A stretch of DNA of 64,000 bases. It comes from Monocercomonoides exilis PA203. Lineage: Eukaryota; Protista; Preaxostyla. Position numbers and translations under genes: made by a program. The notes beneath the pieces were generated by a model. That model was given only the letters and a program-made list of their open reading frames with translations, searched no databases and had not been told where the DNA came from. Positions 1 through 11,700 of this stretch are shown piece by piece (position 1 is the stretch's first letter; every line of letters begins with the position of its first letter). The stretch spans positions 930,001-994,000 of the forward strand of contig LSRY02000028.1 of NCBI GenBank assembly GCA_001643675.2. The letters are read 5' to 3'.

Positions 1-3000
1 CCAGAACACTCACATCATTCATTTTATTCATTGCAGAAAATTGTCTAACAAATGTGACGCCTTCGAATAGAACAAAAGGTGTGATGGCAAAATGCAAATC
101 AATAAATGAACAATTTGCCAAAGTAACAAATCCAGATAATACAGTCATTAGCGAACAATTTAGAAATGCGCTTCCTCCTTCAATCGCAAAATTGATTGTA
201 TACAATCCAGTACTTTGTGAACTATTTTCTGATAAAATGATTGAAACAATGGAATTTGGTAGTTGTCCAGAAATAATGAATCGTAGTCTTGATAATTTTA
301 TTGTTTTGTAATTTATCATAACACATCCGACAGCATTTGAGAAAGATGATGGAACAATAATATTTGCTGTTGATGAATCGTAAGATCTCAGTTCGTATCC
401 ACTTAATTCTTCTTTAGAACGCAAAGTCAAATTTGAACAAACACATATTGTGAACGAGTTCACACTTAGATGTAATTTCCCATAGAATAAAGACTCACAA
501 GGCTCGTTAATTGATCCACACCTCGAGACATCGATCCCTTCATCAGAAATAAATGTGCTGTTTGATGAATATACAATCAGAAATCGAAGCAGATCAAAAT
601 TCATAATCCTTTCATCATTTGTGTCATTACCCACAAACGCATTTTCAACATTTGCAAAAGTATCAAAATCAAAATCAAAATTTCTTAAGCAAATTGTTCC
701 ATTGAGATCTTTGCCAATCATAAATAAAAATTTGGCTTTATATGCTGAGCAGTTAATGAACAGAATATTCCTCAAGCTCAGTTCAATAGGCGAATGATAA
801 TTCAAATAAATAGCTCCTCCATAAGAAGTATTCCCTTCTGCAGAGTCATTCGTAAAATTAACATTATTTAGAACAATATTAGAAAGTTCCTCGGAAATTT
901 CTTCCATGAAAATACAAGAACCGTTTCCTTGCAGCGAGCGAATAGCGTTAAATGCGCAATTAGTGACATTCATGCCAGAATTGCATCCTTTCACAATGCT
1001 ATCGCTGGAAAATTGTAATTTCTCAAATTGTGAATCACCCATAGCAAGCGAAGCACTGCTTGAATTGATATTAAACAAAGAAGATGACGGAAAACTCAGC
1101 AAAAATGCAGAAAAATTGCAAATGAAAATTTTTCCTCCACAGATTCGTGCAAATCCATATCCAATTTCTGTTTCGGTGCTTTGTATCCCACACTTGTTAA
1201 AATTGAGATTGTCTGAATCAACTCGAAATAAAGATCCTCGACCATTTAACGTTCTGGATAAATTAAACATTATATTATTGAAATATGAAGACGCTTTTGT
1301 AATCATCAGCTCATCTTGGACAAGTTCGATTGGTGATATAATAGCAAATCCATTTGAGGAAATGCAGGATGAAGAACTAATTCTCCATTCCTGATCATCA
1401 AAAACGAATTCTTCATCAAAAGCAAAAGGCTGAGAAATTAACAAAACGCGAGGCTGTGAACCAAATCGAGATTCTGACGAAATGTTCAATGAACGACATG
1501 GATAATTCATAAATCCACAAGCAGAGAAATCAGCACCTTCTGTCCCATTAATGAAAATTGGTAATGATAAATTTTTCAAATAAAGATCAAGTGGAATCAA
1601 TAAATTTACTCCTGCTGTTTCTCTTTCAATTCCAGAATATGAAAATCTCTCTTCTTCATTTATAGACAAAGCAAAAGAAAACTTATTAACAGCTCTAAAT
1701 AAATTGTTGGAATTCACAAACACGTTCTTCCCTGCATCGGCTCCGCATTCTTCAAACATCACTTCTTTCAGAAAGAAATCGGAAGCATTTCCAACTAACA
1801 ATAAACACAGGCCACCTCCGCAACCACCATTTCCTTCTTCGCTCCTTATTGAAGTACAGTTCTTCAACCCTGTTGCTCCATTTCTATAACTTTTAGAATC
1901 TTCTTCGTTTTTTGTCTTGACGTTAGACACGTTTCCAATGCTGAACCATGATCCTTCCTTCATCTCAACGCACATTCCTCCTCCATTTCTGCCAATGCAT
2001 TCACTATTCTCCATCAACCCACCAACAACCTCAAATGAGCATTCACTCTCCAATACACACTCGATTGCTCCTCCATTCTTTTCAAATGAGCTGAAGCCTT
2101 TTATGGAACAGTTCACAAGCGAAACACTATTCCCACTGATTGTCGAAAGAAATCGAAAAGAAAGCAGCAGATTCCTCTGTTCCACTTTCTTTCCAGTTAT
2201 TCTTGAGTTGCTCACGCTCATTGAAGCACTGTTTTGAATATTGATTAGCTCGCAGTTGGCCGTTAAAGACGCTTCATCCATCTCCAATCTGTCAATTATT
2301 CCAAAAGTTCTAGCTCCTCCCAGTGAAATAAGAGGAAAGTCAGCCAATGAAATAGAATTTGCGCTAAACTGTGTGATATTAACAGTTCCGCTTGTCACTT
2401 CCATGAATGCAAATGAAAGTTCAGTGCCAGTGTTTTTCGTTGAAGCAGAGCATTCCTCCATTGTCAATATTGTTGCGGATTGAACAGAAATAAAAATGTT
2501 ATGCTTTTGCATTTTTGAGGGCAAAGAAAACAACAACTGTTCAAAAAGAGTTTCTGCTTTGACTTTCACCAATGATAACTCAATCCCATTGTCATCGTCC
2601 AGGACAATCCATCCACTTCCTTCGGTCTGTCCTCTTATTGCACATTTGGTAGATTCCATTTTCACTTCATCGGCCATTTTAATCATCCCACTTACACATA
2701 TATTTATCTCTCCTTCTTTTCTTTCCAATGTATGTTTCAAGGTCAAGCAAGGAAACTCAACAAATCCACAGTACAAGTGATCGAAAGCATCTTCATTGCT
2801 CACAACAAGTTCGTCTGGTAATGGGATCAGATACACACACAATGGGATGTTGACTCTTACATCTCCTCCGTCAAACCCTCGTATTTTGTTGAAAGTTGCA
2901 TTTGAAGCACTAAGAGAAGATATTCTTCCTCCTTTCGCTGTGGATTCCAAATTGGTCGAATCAACAAATATGTCACTCCCCCATCTGGCTTCGTTATCTG

Positions 3001-5311
3001 TGAACGAGGCAGTGATTGAATAGTCTGCATTTTCTTCTGACACAGTCATAAAAATTCCACCGCCCCTTCCTGCAGTTGTTGAAGCAATGCAGTTGCGAAC
3101 TGCTGTATTATCAACCTTTAAGCACCCTGCTGAACCTATCTTTATTTTCAATGCTCCTCCTTTCTTTGAAATTGTGCTGCGACATCCATCAATCACACAT
3201 TTGCTCATTGTTATATCTACAGAACAGTCACTTGAATCCAAGAGTGAGCTCCCATCAGATGCCTTTAAAAATTTGTAAAAAGAACAATTATCAAATTGCA
3301 GCGAAGTAATTGTATTTAAAGGAAAATAAAATAAGCTTGTTTTACTGAATGCTTGACCCCATTTCACTTCGTTCATCTTTATTTCCCCAGAATCCAATCT
3401 TACAAAAGCTGTTAACATTTGGGTTTTGTTCGAATGCATTGAATCCATTGAAATATTCAATCTTCTTAGCTCCATCAATCCTGTTCCTTTCACTCTGAAT
3501 AACAAGGAATTTCGACCAGCAACACTCGATGAGTCGTGAATTATACTCATATCAGTCACCGTTTCTGATCCATTCTCAACAGAAAAGAGGTTCAATCCAA
3601 TGCTTTCAAATTCTGTCTTGGCTATTGTTCCTGAAACAGAATGACCATGAATGATTATTGCTCCACTACTAATTTCAACACATTTGCCTTCTACAACTGT
3701 TCCACTCAACACCTTGATTTCATTCACAAATCCAGAAATCATTTGAGTCAGACAATGACTGATAGTGAGGCATGCACAGGATTCATTCAATCCACAGCTA
3801 TAGGTGTCTTTCGCATAAGGTTGTGTCAATTTGGAGGATACAAACCTGCATTCACCTCCATTATTAGGCAGCCATACGCTTTTATCTCCGTCTGCATAAT
3901 ATCTCACACCTTCTGTTCGTGATGAATAACAAGAAACAATTTGGGAATGTGTGTTGTTATCATAAACAAATATGTCATTGCCATATTGTGCCGTGTTATT
4001 GTGGAAAAAGCAAAACCATAAAAGATTTCCATTATACCCATTTGTAAGAATACTTACGGCTCCTCCTTGAAAATTTGAATGGCATCCTTGAAAAAGGCAA
4101 TTTCTCAAAACAACTTTATCTGTTGCACTCCAACTAATATAACCTCCTCCATCAGAATTTCTGTCATTTCCATTGCAATTGACAAATGAACAATCCAAAA
4201 TGCAATCTTTCGAATTTATTGTGTTTGATCTCCAAATTCCCAATCCTCCGCCATCATTACCCGACCAACCATCTTTGAACAAGCAGTTCTCAACTAAAAC
4301 TTGAATTCTCATTCCTTCTAATTCTGCACCGGCTCCTCCATAATTTGTTGATGCAACGCAATAACACTCAACAAATGTGGAATGTTTCACCGTGCATTCT
4401 GCAATGTTCAAAGCAAATATTCCCCCTCCTCTTGTCATAGTCGCATTGCATTTCACAAATGAAGAATTCTCAATTGTTAACTTTGCATTAGAATTGTCAC
4501 GCACATACAGTGCTCCTCCACATGGAGCAGAACATTCATTCCATTCAGCATTCATGAAGCTCTGTGTTTCTGTAGTTGACAGTCTTCCAGTGTTTTTCGC
4601 TCTCTGATCCACTCTTTCGTTCCGAATGAATGTACAATTGTTACACATAAATGAATTAGATCCTTCTGTTCCGCTCGCTATCCCTCCCTCAAGCACATTC
4701 ATTGAATCTTCAATATGACAACTCTCCGTTATACTCATTGTTGTCATCGATTCTTTTTCAGTTTGGACCTTCTCTGCTTCAGAATTTTTTTTTGTGACAT
4801 TAGCAAATATGCAGTTATTGATGAAATCACACGCTCCGACTCCAGCTCTCAGAAAACTTCCATTCCCACAAAACAAGAAATCTTTCCAAACACAGTTACT
4901 CGTAAGTAGGGAAGCAATATCATTGTCGAAGTTGACAATGCTCCTCGAAAATACTCTATTGGAAGATTCTTTAGCAGATGAATTTTTCAAAATTAATGAT
5001 CCAAAGTTGAAGATAACATTGAATTGATTTTCACTTTTAATCATGAAATGACAGCATATGATTGAAAACGATGATTGTGCGCCAACAAAAAAAGAATAAT
5101 TGTAACATTGCTGTAAAACCGTTATTGAACATAATTCTATTGATGCATTATGAAAAAAAAGCGTGGAATTTAAAATACTTAATTCCATTCGATAATTGCT
5201 CTCATTCGGTAAGTTACCCTGTTGGTTTAAAAATTCTTCTATATGCACAATATGTGCATTAACTACAAAAGCCGTAAGTTGTAAAACAAAAAATAAAACA
5301 ATAAACATCAT
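1..5311 (-). CDS. Large secreted/surface Cys-rich parallel beta-helix (pectin-lyase/Pmp-like GGA-repeat) protein; 3' end lies outside the window
   Basis: Absent from the ORF track, consistent with a frame that has no stop before the window edge. By hand, ATG 5311 gives MMFIVLFFVLQLTAFVVNA (signal-peptide-like), and the same frame is still open at bases 58-1 (VTFVRQFSAMNKMNDVSVL). It contains CSAPCGGALYV, TRGGGIFA, NDGGGLGI, FQGGAVSI and repeated D-x3-CG-x4/5-(P/A)C modules (AKDTYSCGLNESCAC, AFDHLYCGFVEFPC, GADFSACGFMNYPC, GIDVSRCGSINEPC). About 1770 codons in the window. Confidence 0.85.
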   Translation of the reverse strand, partial: MMFIVLFFVLQLTAFVVNAHIVHIEEFLNQQGNLPNESNYRMELSILNSTLFFHNASIELCSITVLQQCYNYSFFVGAQSSFSIICCHFMIKSENQFNVIFNFGSLILKNSSAKESSNRVFSRSIVNFDNDIASLLTSNCVWKDFLFCGNGSFLRAGVGACDFINNCIFANVTKKNSEAEKVQTEKESMTTMSITESCHIEDSMNVLEGGIASGTEGSNSFMCNNCTFIRNERVDQRAKNTGRLSTTETQSFMNAEWNECSAPCGGALYVRDNSNAKLTIENSSFVKCNATMTRGGGIFALNIAECTVKHSTFVECYCVASTNYGGAGAELEGMRIQVLVENCLFKDGWSGNDGGGLGIWRSNTINSKDCILDCSFVNCNGNDRNSDGGGYISWSATDKVVLRNCLFQGCHSNFQGGAVSILTNGYNGNLLWFCFFHNNTAQYGNDIFVYDNNTHSQIVSCYSSRTEGVRYYADGDKSVWLPNNGGECRFVSSKLTQPYAKDTYSCGLNESCACLTISHCLTQMISGFVNEIKVLSGTVVEGKCVEISSGAIIIHGHSVSGTIAKTEFESIGLNLFSVENGSETVTDMSIIHDSSSVAGRNSLLFRVKGTGLMELRRLNISMDSMHSNKTQMLTAFVRLDSGEIKMNEVKWGQAFSKTSLFYFPLNTITSLQFDNCSFYKFLKASDGSSLLDSSDCSVDITMSKCVIDGCRSTISKKGGALKIKIGSAGCLKVDNTAVRNCIASTTAGRGGGIFMTVSEENADYSITASFTDNEARWGSDIFVDSTNLESTAKGGRISSLSASNATFNKIRGFDGGDVRVNIPLCVYLIPLPDELVVSNEDAFDHLYCGFVEFPCLTLKHTLERKEGEINICVSGMIKMADEVKMESTKCAIRGQTEGSGWIVLDDDNGIELSLVKVKAETLFEQLLFSLPSKMQKHNIFISVQSATILTMEECSASTKNTGTELSFAFMEVTSGTVNITQFSANSISLADFPLISLGGARTFGIIDRLEMDEASLTANCELINIQNSASMSVSNSRITGKKVEQRNLLLSFRFLSTISGNSVSLVNCSIKGFSSFEKNGGAIECVLESECSFEVVGGLMENSECIGRNGGGMCVEMKEGSWFSIGNVSNVKTKNEEDSKSYRNGATGLKNCTSIRSEEGNGGCGGGLCLLLVGNASDFFLKEVMFEECGADAGKNVFVNSNNLFRAVNKFSFALSINEEERFSYSGIERETAGVNLLIPLDLYLKNLSLPIFINGTEGADFSACGFMNYPCRSLNISSESRFGSQPRVLLISQPFAFDEEFVFDDQEWRISSSSCISSNGFAIISPIELVQDELMITKASSYFNNIMFNLSRTLNGRGSLFRVDSDNLNFNKCGIQSTETEIGYGFARICGGKIFICNFSAFLLSFPSSSLFNINSSSASLAMGDSQFEKLQFSSDSIVKGCNSGMNVTNCAFNAIRSLQGNGSCIFMEEISEELSNIVLNNVNFTNDSAEGNTSYGGAIYLNYHSPIELSLRNILFINCSAYKAKFLFMIGKDLNGTICLRNFDFDFDTFANVENAFVGNDTNDERIMNFDLLRFLIVYSSNSTFISDEGIDVSRCGSINEPCESLFYGKLHLSVNSFTICVCSNLTLRSKEELSGYELRSYDSSTANIIVPSSFSNAVGCVMINYKTIKLSRLRFIISGQLPNSIVSIILSENSSQSTGLYTINFAIEGGSAFLNCSLMTVLSGFVTLANCSFIDLHFAITPFVLFEGVTFVRQFSAMNKMNDVSVL

Positions 5312-5570
5312 TTCTTTTATATGAAAATGGGATAGTCGAAAAAAAAAAACAAAATTTTCTGATTTGCATTGATTGTCATTTAATTTCTTTCTTTCTTTCT
5401 CTTTTTTTTTATGAATGCTTGTGTTGAATAAGTTCTGAATGTCATTATTTTTCATTTTCAACAAATTTCAAAAAATAGTGTTCTTATCGTTATGATATTT
5501 GTTCATTTTCTTTTTTTTTCTTTTTTTCAATTCCTTCAAAAATATTCTTTTGAAAAAAGAAATACTAACA

Positions 5571-5590
5571 ATATATATATATATATATAT
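5571..5590. repeat. (AT)n microsatellite in the divergent intergenic region
   Basis: atatatatatatatatatat read directly. Confidence 0.9.
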
Positions 5591-5749
5591 TATTGAACAA
5601 ATAACTTTTGTTCACATGATTAAAAAATGAGATCGTGTAAAACATACTTTGCTATTTGATAAAAATAAAAATAATTTTTTCAACGGCTAAATCATTGCAA
5701 TAGACATTTATAATAAAATCACAGAAAGGAACTAAAATTGTAGTTTAAG

Positions 5750-8700
5750 ATGGCCTCTTCTATATATCAAAACAGGGAGTCTAATTACAATATCATCCAA
5801 ATAATTGGTGAGGGCTCTTTTGGTAAAGTATTCCAGGTATCAGTCATTTATTTATTAAATGTTGCGTTTAATTTTGAACATATGAAATGTTTAATTTATT
5901 TAGGGAAGATTGAAATACACCGGCAATATTGTGGCAATGAAATATATTTCAAAGTTTGGAACAAAATCAAAAGACACAAAACCATTAGCACAAGAAGTGG
6001 ATGTTTTAAGATCGCTGTCGCATGAGAATATTATCAAATTTTTGGATTTTTTTGAAACGGATACAGATTTTGTGCTTGTTACTCCCTTTGCTCAAAGTGA
6101 TCTTTCTAAATTGCTGGATGAAGACAAATCATTTTCAGAATCTGAAATTCGCTGGATTACCAAACAGCTAGTTTTTGCGCTGAAATATATTCACGAGAAG
6201 AATGTGATTCACAGAGATTTGAAACCACAAAACATTCTTATTGACTCAACTGGAGTTATAAAATTGTGCGATTTCGGATTTGCGTGTATCATCGAGCAGA
6301 AGAACTCAAAAAAGCATTCAATTAAAGGAACTCCACTTTACATGGCACCCGAGATCGCAAACGAGCAAAAATACACATGGAAAGCAGACCTGTGGTCGCT
6401 TGGTGCCCTTCTATATGAGCTGTATGTTGGCGAGCCTCCATTCAAAGCAGATAACTTCATATCGCTGCAGCGGAAGCTTAAAGAGGATGAGGTGCAATAT
6501 CCAGCAACAATGTCTCCCACATTCACATCATTTCTAAAAGGGCTTCTCCAAAAGGATCCAGAAAACCGGTTCCAATGGCCCGAGCTGTTGAACCACCAGT
6601 TCGTTGTGATGCAGACAGTCGAGCGGCACACGTTCACCAAGTTCAATCCAGGGCAGAAGTTCCAGCAAGCGTTCAACGATCTGGACAACAACATCCCCAT
6701 CGCCCACCAGGAGTTCCAGCTGCGCGAGCCTGTGCTGTGGAACCAGCAGGAGGAGACGCTGAATGCGAAGAGGAGGAAACTCCAGGAGTGGCTGAATGAG
6801 CGTGCGAAGGAGCGAGGAAAGGAAGGCATCCACATTGAAAAGGGCTCATCTGCTGACAATGATGGTTCATCTGGGAATTCTTTCAGAAGTTCCACAAGTG
6901 CTTTCGGAGGAGTATGCTTCGCTGAGTCCAAGACACTGCCACCTCGCCCGTCTTCGCCTGTTGTTTTTCCTTCGCCTGGGAACTCTTCTCATTCTGCACA
7001 TAAGCAGGCGTTCACATTTTCACCTTTTCTCACAAAAGTTGAGGATGAAGACGACGATGAGGAGGAGGAAGAGGAGGAAGAGACGGAAGAGGAAGAGTTG
7101 GAGATTCACGAGGCGTTGAGCAAGCAGCCATCAAAAAAGAAGCTCAAAACCATCGGAGAAGGGCAGAGTGAGGAGCCGAAAAAAGACGAAAAGAAAAGCG
7201 AAGAAGAGGAAAAGAAGACGGGATCTACCCTTGCGCCGTTGATGCTGCTTCAGCAGTCAAAACAGCAACCAGCTGCAAATGGGAGGAAAAGGAGCAGTGG
7301 CGACATAATACTCGATATCAACATGGCAGACATTGAGAAGAGCACAGACGGAGACGAGAAGGAAGATGGGAAATCTGAAGACAGCACTCAAAAGAAGCCA
7401 AGTGGATCAGACTCAGCGAGAGGCTCAAGCAAAACAGACGAGACAAGCAAAAAAGGGGAGTTTGTGGAGGAAGCGCAGAAGTATTCGGAGATGCCGATGA
7501 TATCTGAGCTGCCTGACTTTACGTGGATTAGGCGGGACCAGCAGAGGAGCAAAGAAGAGAAAGAGGACGAGAGAGAGCGGAGGAGGAGGCTGATGATGGG
7601 GCTGTATGACAGCATTGAGAAGGGAAAGTATGATGCGACAAAAGGGATGATGCCAGTAGCAAAGGTGAATGCAGCAGAGTGTACGTCGTTTGTGCCTTTG
7701 TCTTATTTGGACTCGTTTGTGCCTGTTGCTGATGTGCAGAAAGAGAAGGAATTGGAAGTGATTGAGGAGATTAACGAGGAAGAGGAAGGAGGAGGAGAAG
7801 AAATGAGAGATGAAAATGGAAATGTTGAAAGAGAAGCAAAAAATGGACAAACAAACGATGATGGTTCTGCTTCGACTGAAAATGAAGGAGTAGACACAAA
7901 TACAGAAGAAGAAAAGAGGAAAGAAGAAAGTGCAAGAAAACGATTTATGATGATTGATGATGAAGATGAGCTTCTTGAACAGATGCTGACAGAATCAGTA
8001 GAAGAGGAGGAATCTCAAAAAGGTGAAGACGAAAAAGGAGGAGAGGAAGAAAATGAAGATACAAACAAAGAAGAAGCAGACAACACTGGCTCTTCATCGA
8101 AAGATGAGCAGAGCACTTTGATGGAACATGGAGAAATGATGTCAGAGATAGACACTGAAGGAACAAAAACAGAAGACACAGAAATAAATGGCAGAAATAA
8201 GGAAGAAGAAGAAGAAGAAGAAGAAGAAGAAGAGAAATGGAACGAAGAAATGGGCAAAAATAATCAGAATGGAGACGACAATGAAAAAATGAAAGGAGAA
8301 GGAGAAGAAGCAGAAGATTCGAATCTGACTGAAATCACCCTCAACTTCCACAAGTCAGATGGAGGTGTCATCTCCTTCCAGATTAATCGGAATGCGACTG
8401 TGCTGTCTGCAAAGGAGAGGCTGATCGCAGAATTGGAGCAGAGAGAAGAGTTTGCTGGACAAGAGCTGAGCCACGAGCTGGTCATTCTGACGGTGGAGGG
8501 GGAGCAGCTGCTGGAGGAGTACACGTTAGAAGAGTACGAGATCGAGAGCGGGACAGTTTTGGGGCTGATTGTGATTCCCAGAGAAGCCTTGATGGACGAA
8601 GGGAGGAAGACATACGACACACTCCCTTCGAATGTGCAGAGTGGAGATGTTGCCACACCGTCTGAGGGAGGAGACATGACAAGCACATCGAAGGAAACAG

Positions 8701-11700
8701 AACAGAAACTGTCTGAAACAGAGGAAAAACAATTGGATGATATTGAAAACAAAACGGGGGATAAGCAGACACAGCTGAGTGTGTCAGACAACAACACGAG
8801 TGAACGAACAGAGGACGGCCTTCATCCACAAGAGGAGGGAAAAGCAGAAGAAGAATCACACGAAAGGGAGGCAGAGGAGGAAGAGTTCAGACAGCTGACA
8901 CATCATGAGTCGCTTCCGGAGCTTCATGTGACAGATGAAGGGAGGTTGCAGCTGAGAGAGAAAGAAGTCTATTCGATTGAGAAGCGACTGAGTATTCAGA
9001 TAGACATACCAGAGAAAGGGCTCGAGAGGAAAGTGGAGCTGGAGATTGACTATGAGACAGAGGATGGAGGAGAAGCAGAGCAGAATGAAGACAAAGTGAC
9101 AGAGGCAGAAACTGAAGCAGAAGGAAAAGTGAAGGAGAAGATGATAAAAGGAAGCGAAGGAGACAAACAGACATCAACTGAAAGAACAGAAGAGAATATT
9201 GAAAAAGAGTCGCTGATGAGAGAAGAGAAGGAGATAGGGCAGTATTTGGTGGAGGAAGAGGATGATGCAGAAGAAGAGGAGAGTTTTCAGTGGGAAGCAG
9301 AAGAGGCAAAGCGGATGATGGCGATGCACCGAGCAGAAAGTGCACTCTATTTTGAGCAGATGAAAGAGGAACAAGAAGAAAAGAGGAGAAGAGAAGAAGA
9401 AGAAAGAGAAGAAGGAGAGGAAAGAGGAGAGGAACAAAAGGAAGAGCAAATGCAAAGGCAAAGGCAAGAGCGAGAACAGGAACAAGAACAGGAGATGGAA
9501 CATGAACCAGAGCAAGAAGAAGATCTGAACAAAGCCGGCAGTTTCAATGCGGCAGAAGGGATGAAGAGGCATGTGAGGAGACACAACTCGAGCGAGTCGA
9601 AGCAGACAGCCAGCACAACGTCAAAGGAGCAAGGCGACTCGAAGATGCTTTCAGACAGCGAAGACTTCATGATCAGCATTTCGCGCTCATTCGACACGAA
9701 CAAGCTGCGCAGCGGGGCGAAAGAAGGGTCAACTGGGAGCACGCCAGGCAACGAGGACAGCCTCTTCAGCAGCAGCAAGAGCGCTGACGAGGACGACACA
9801 CAGAAAGGAAGCGAATCTGAGCGCACATACACCATCACCACGCTCGAAGGCAAGGAAAGCCCCGCAGATGCCTCGCAGCGGAAGGAGAGTGGGACGCTGA
9901 AGAGTTCTGAGGCACTCACGTCTCAAGCAGACACCAGCGACAGCCGCGCCATCTCGTCGCTGGACAGATCGACTGCCACAATCTCCACGGCAGAGTCTGC
10001 TGCGTCTACTGCCCCACTCACATCATCCACCCCTTCACTCACTGCTTCTTCCACGTCTACTCTCCCAAAGACTCAGATTGGGATTGCACGTGCAGCTGAG
10101 CCTTCTTCTTCCTCCTCCTCTTCTGCTTCTGCTTCTTCATCTTCACCATCTTCTTCTGCTTTCACCTCATTCAGCTCTTCATCCGCCCCGTCAGCTGCAG
10201 CCCCTGCAAAGAAAGAGCAAAAAGGGCCTCTTCCTCTTGTCGTCATCCATCCTCCTGTTCTGATGACACAGCCACTATCCAATCAGCAGCCCCAGCTGAA
10301 AGAGACACAAACAGCAGCACTTGTCATCCATGAGCCTGTTGATTACACCAACCCTCCACACACATCCCCTCATACCCCTCTCACCAGCTCCCCTGCTGGC
10401 ACAGGCGCCTTCCCTGTTCTTGAGCCTGCCCAGTCCACCTCACAGCCACTCCTCCAACCTTCTCTCTCTGAAGTCAGCACCTCTTCTTCTTCTGCCTCTT
10501 CTTCTTCCTCCTCTTCCTCATCATCGTATCTTCCTCCTTCTCTTGGCCCTTCTTCCGAGTCGACTTATCTCACAGACCCATCACAGCGCTTCGCCCAATC
10601 CAAAGCGCCCATCGCCCCACCAGAGCCCATCATTGTCCCTCCTCCACCTGCCACGCGCATTCCGAAGGAGCTGCTGATATACTCACACCGCGTGCTCCAT
10701 CACATCCAGCCACAGCCACTCTCACAAAAAGCGGATGCAAACGAGCTGTCCTTCTTTGAGCACACGCCACACTCTTCTCCTTCTGCCCATCCGATGCGCC
10801 CTGTCCGCGCAGCTGCCAGCACCCGCACGCTCCATCCATCAAGCACTGCATACGCTGAGCGCCCGTCTGTCTCGGCAATGATTCCCATTCAGAGAGAGTT
10901 GGATAAGCAGATGAATGAGACATTTGCTATACACGATGTTATATCGCCGGACATGTCTGCAAAAGTGTCGACGATTGTCAGGTCATTCACAAGAGTGCTG
11001 CTCAACCCGCAGATCAGCGACAACGATGGCTTCCTTTCTGCTTACATCGTCTATTCTCTTCTCATACGCTCAGGTGTTGTCTCGCTCACTCCTTTCTTCT
11101 TCTCCAGAACAAAACCGCTTGCTTTGTTCCCTCATCCACCTAATCTTCTTCCTCTTATTCTTTCTTATTCTCAGAATCCAACATCTTCCTCTGGCTATTC
11201 ATCATCATCCTCTTCTTCTTCCTCCTCCTCTTTTCGTTTCCCCAGCAGTTTAATCGGCTACTCCTCTTCTCTTTCTCCTCTTCCAGGCAGCACCCCATTT
11301 GCTGATGCTTCATACAACCTGCGTGGAAGAGGGAGAGAGAAAGACAAAGAGAAAGAGCTGGAGAAGATGAGAGAGAGAGAGAAAGAGAGGATTTGGCGGA
11401 CTGAGCGGCCAGATGAGGTGTTGGGGTATCCAGCCATGCCATACGACAACCTGTGGATTGAGTCACCTGTGTTTATAAGCACTTTCCCTTCTTTCTGCTC
11501 CCTGCTTCTGCCTTCTCTTCAGTCGTTTCCTCCAAAACTTCCTGTTAACATTTCTTCTGCTTCTTCCTCTTTCTCCTCCTCTTCTTCTTCCTCATCCACA
11601 TCATCTGCTGCTGGTGCTGCTTCAACACCTTCTTCTCTGTTTGCTCCTCTTCCATTTACTTCAACATCCACTTCTTCTGGCTCCTCTTCTTTCTTTCCTT

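Noticed and set aside
54-5262. Many short + strand ORFs
   Set aside because: Antisense shadows of the long minus-strand beta-helix gene.
7950-8010. UIM-like DEDELLEQMLTESVEE near the UBL domain
   Set aside because: The invariant UIM Ala is Met, and such patterns arise easily in Glu-rich sequence.
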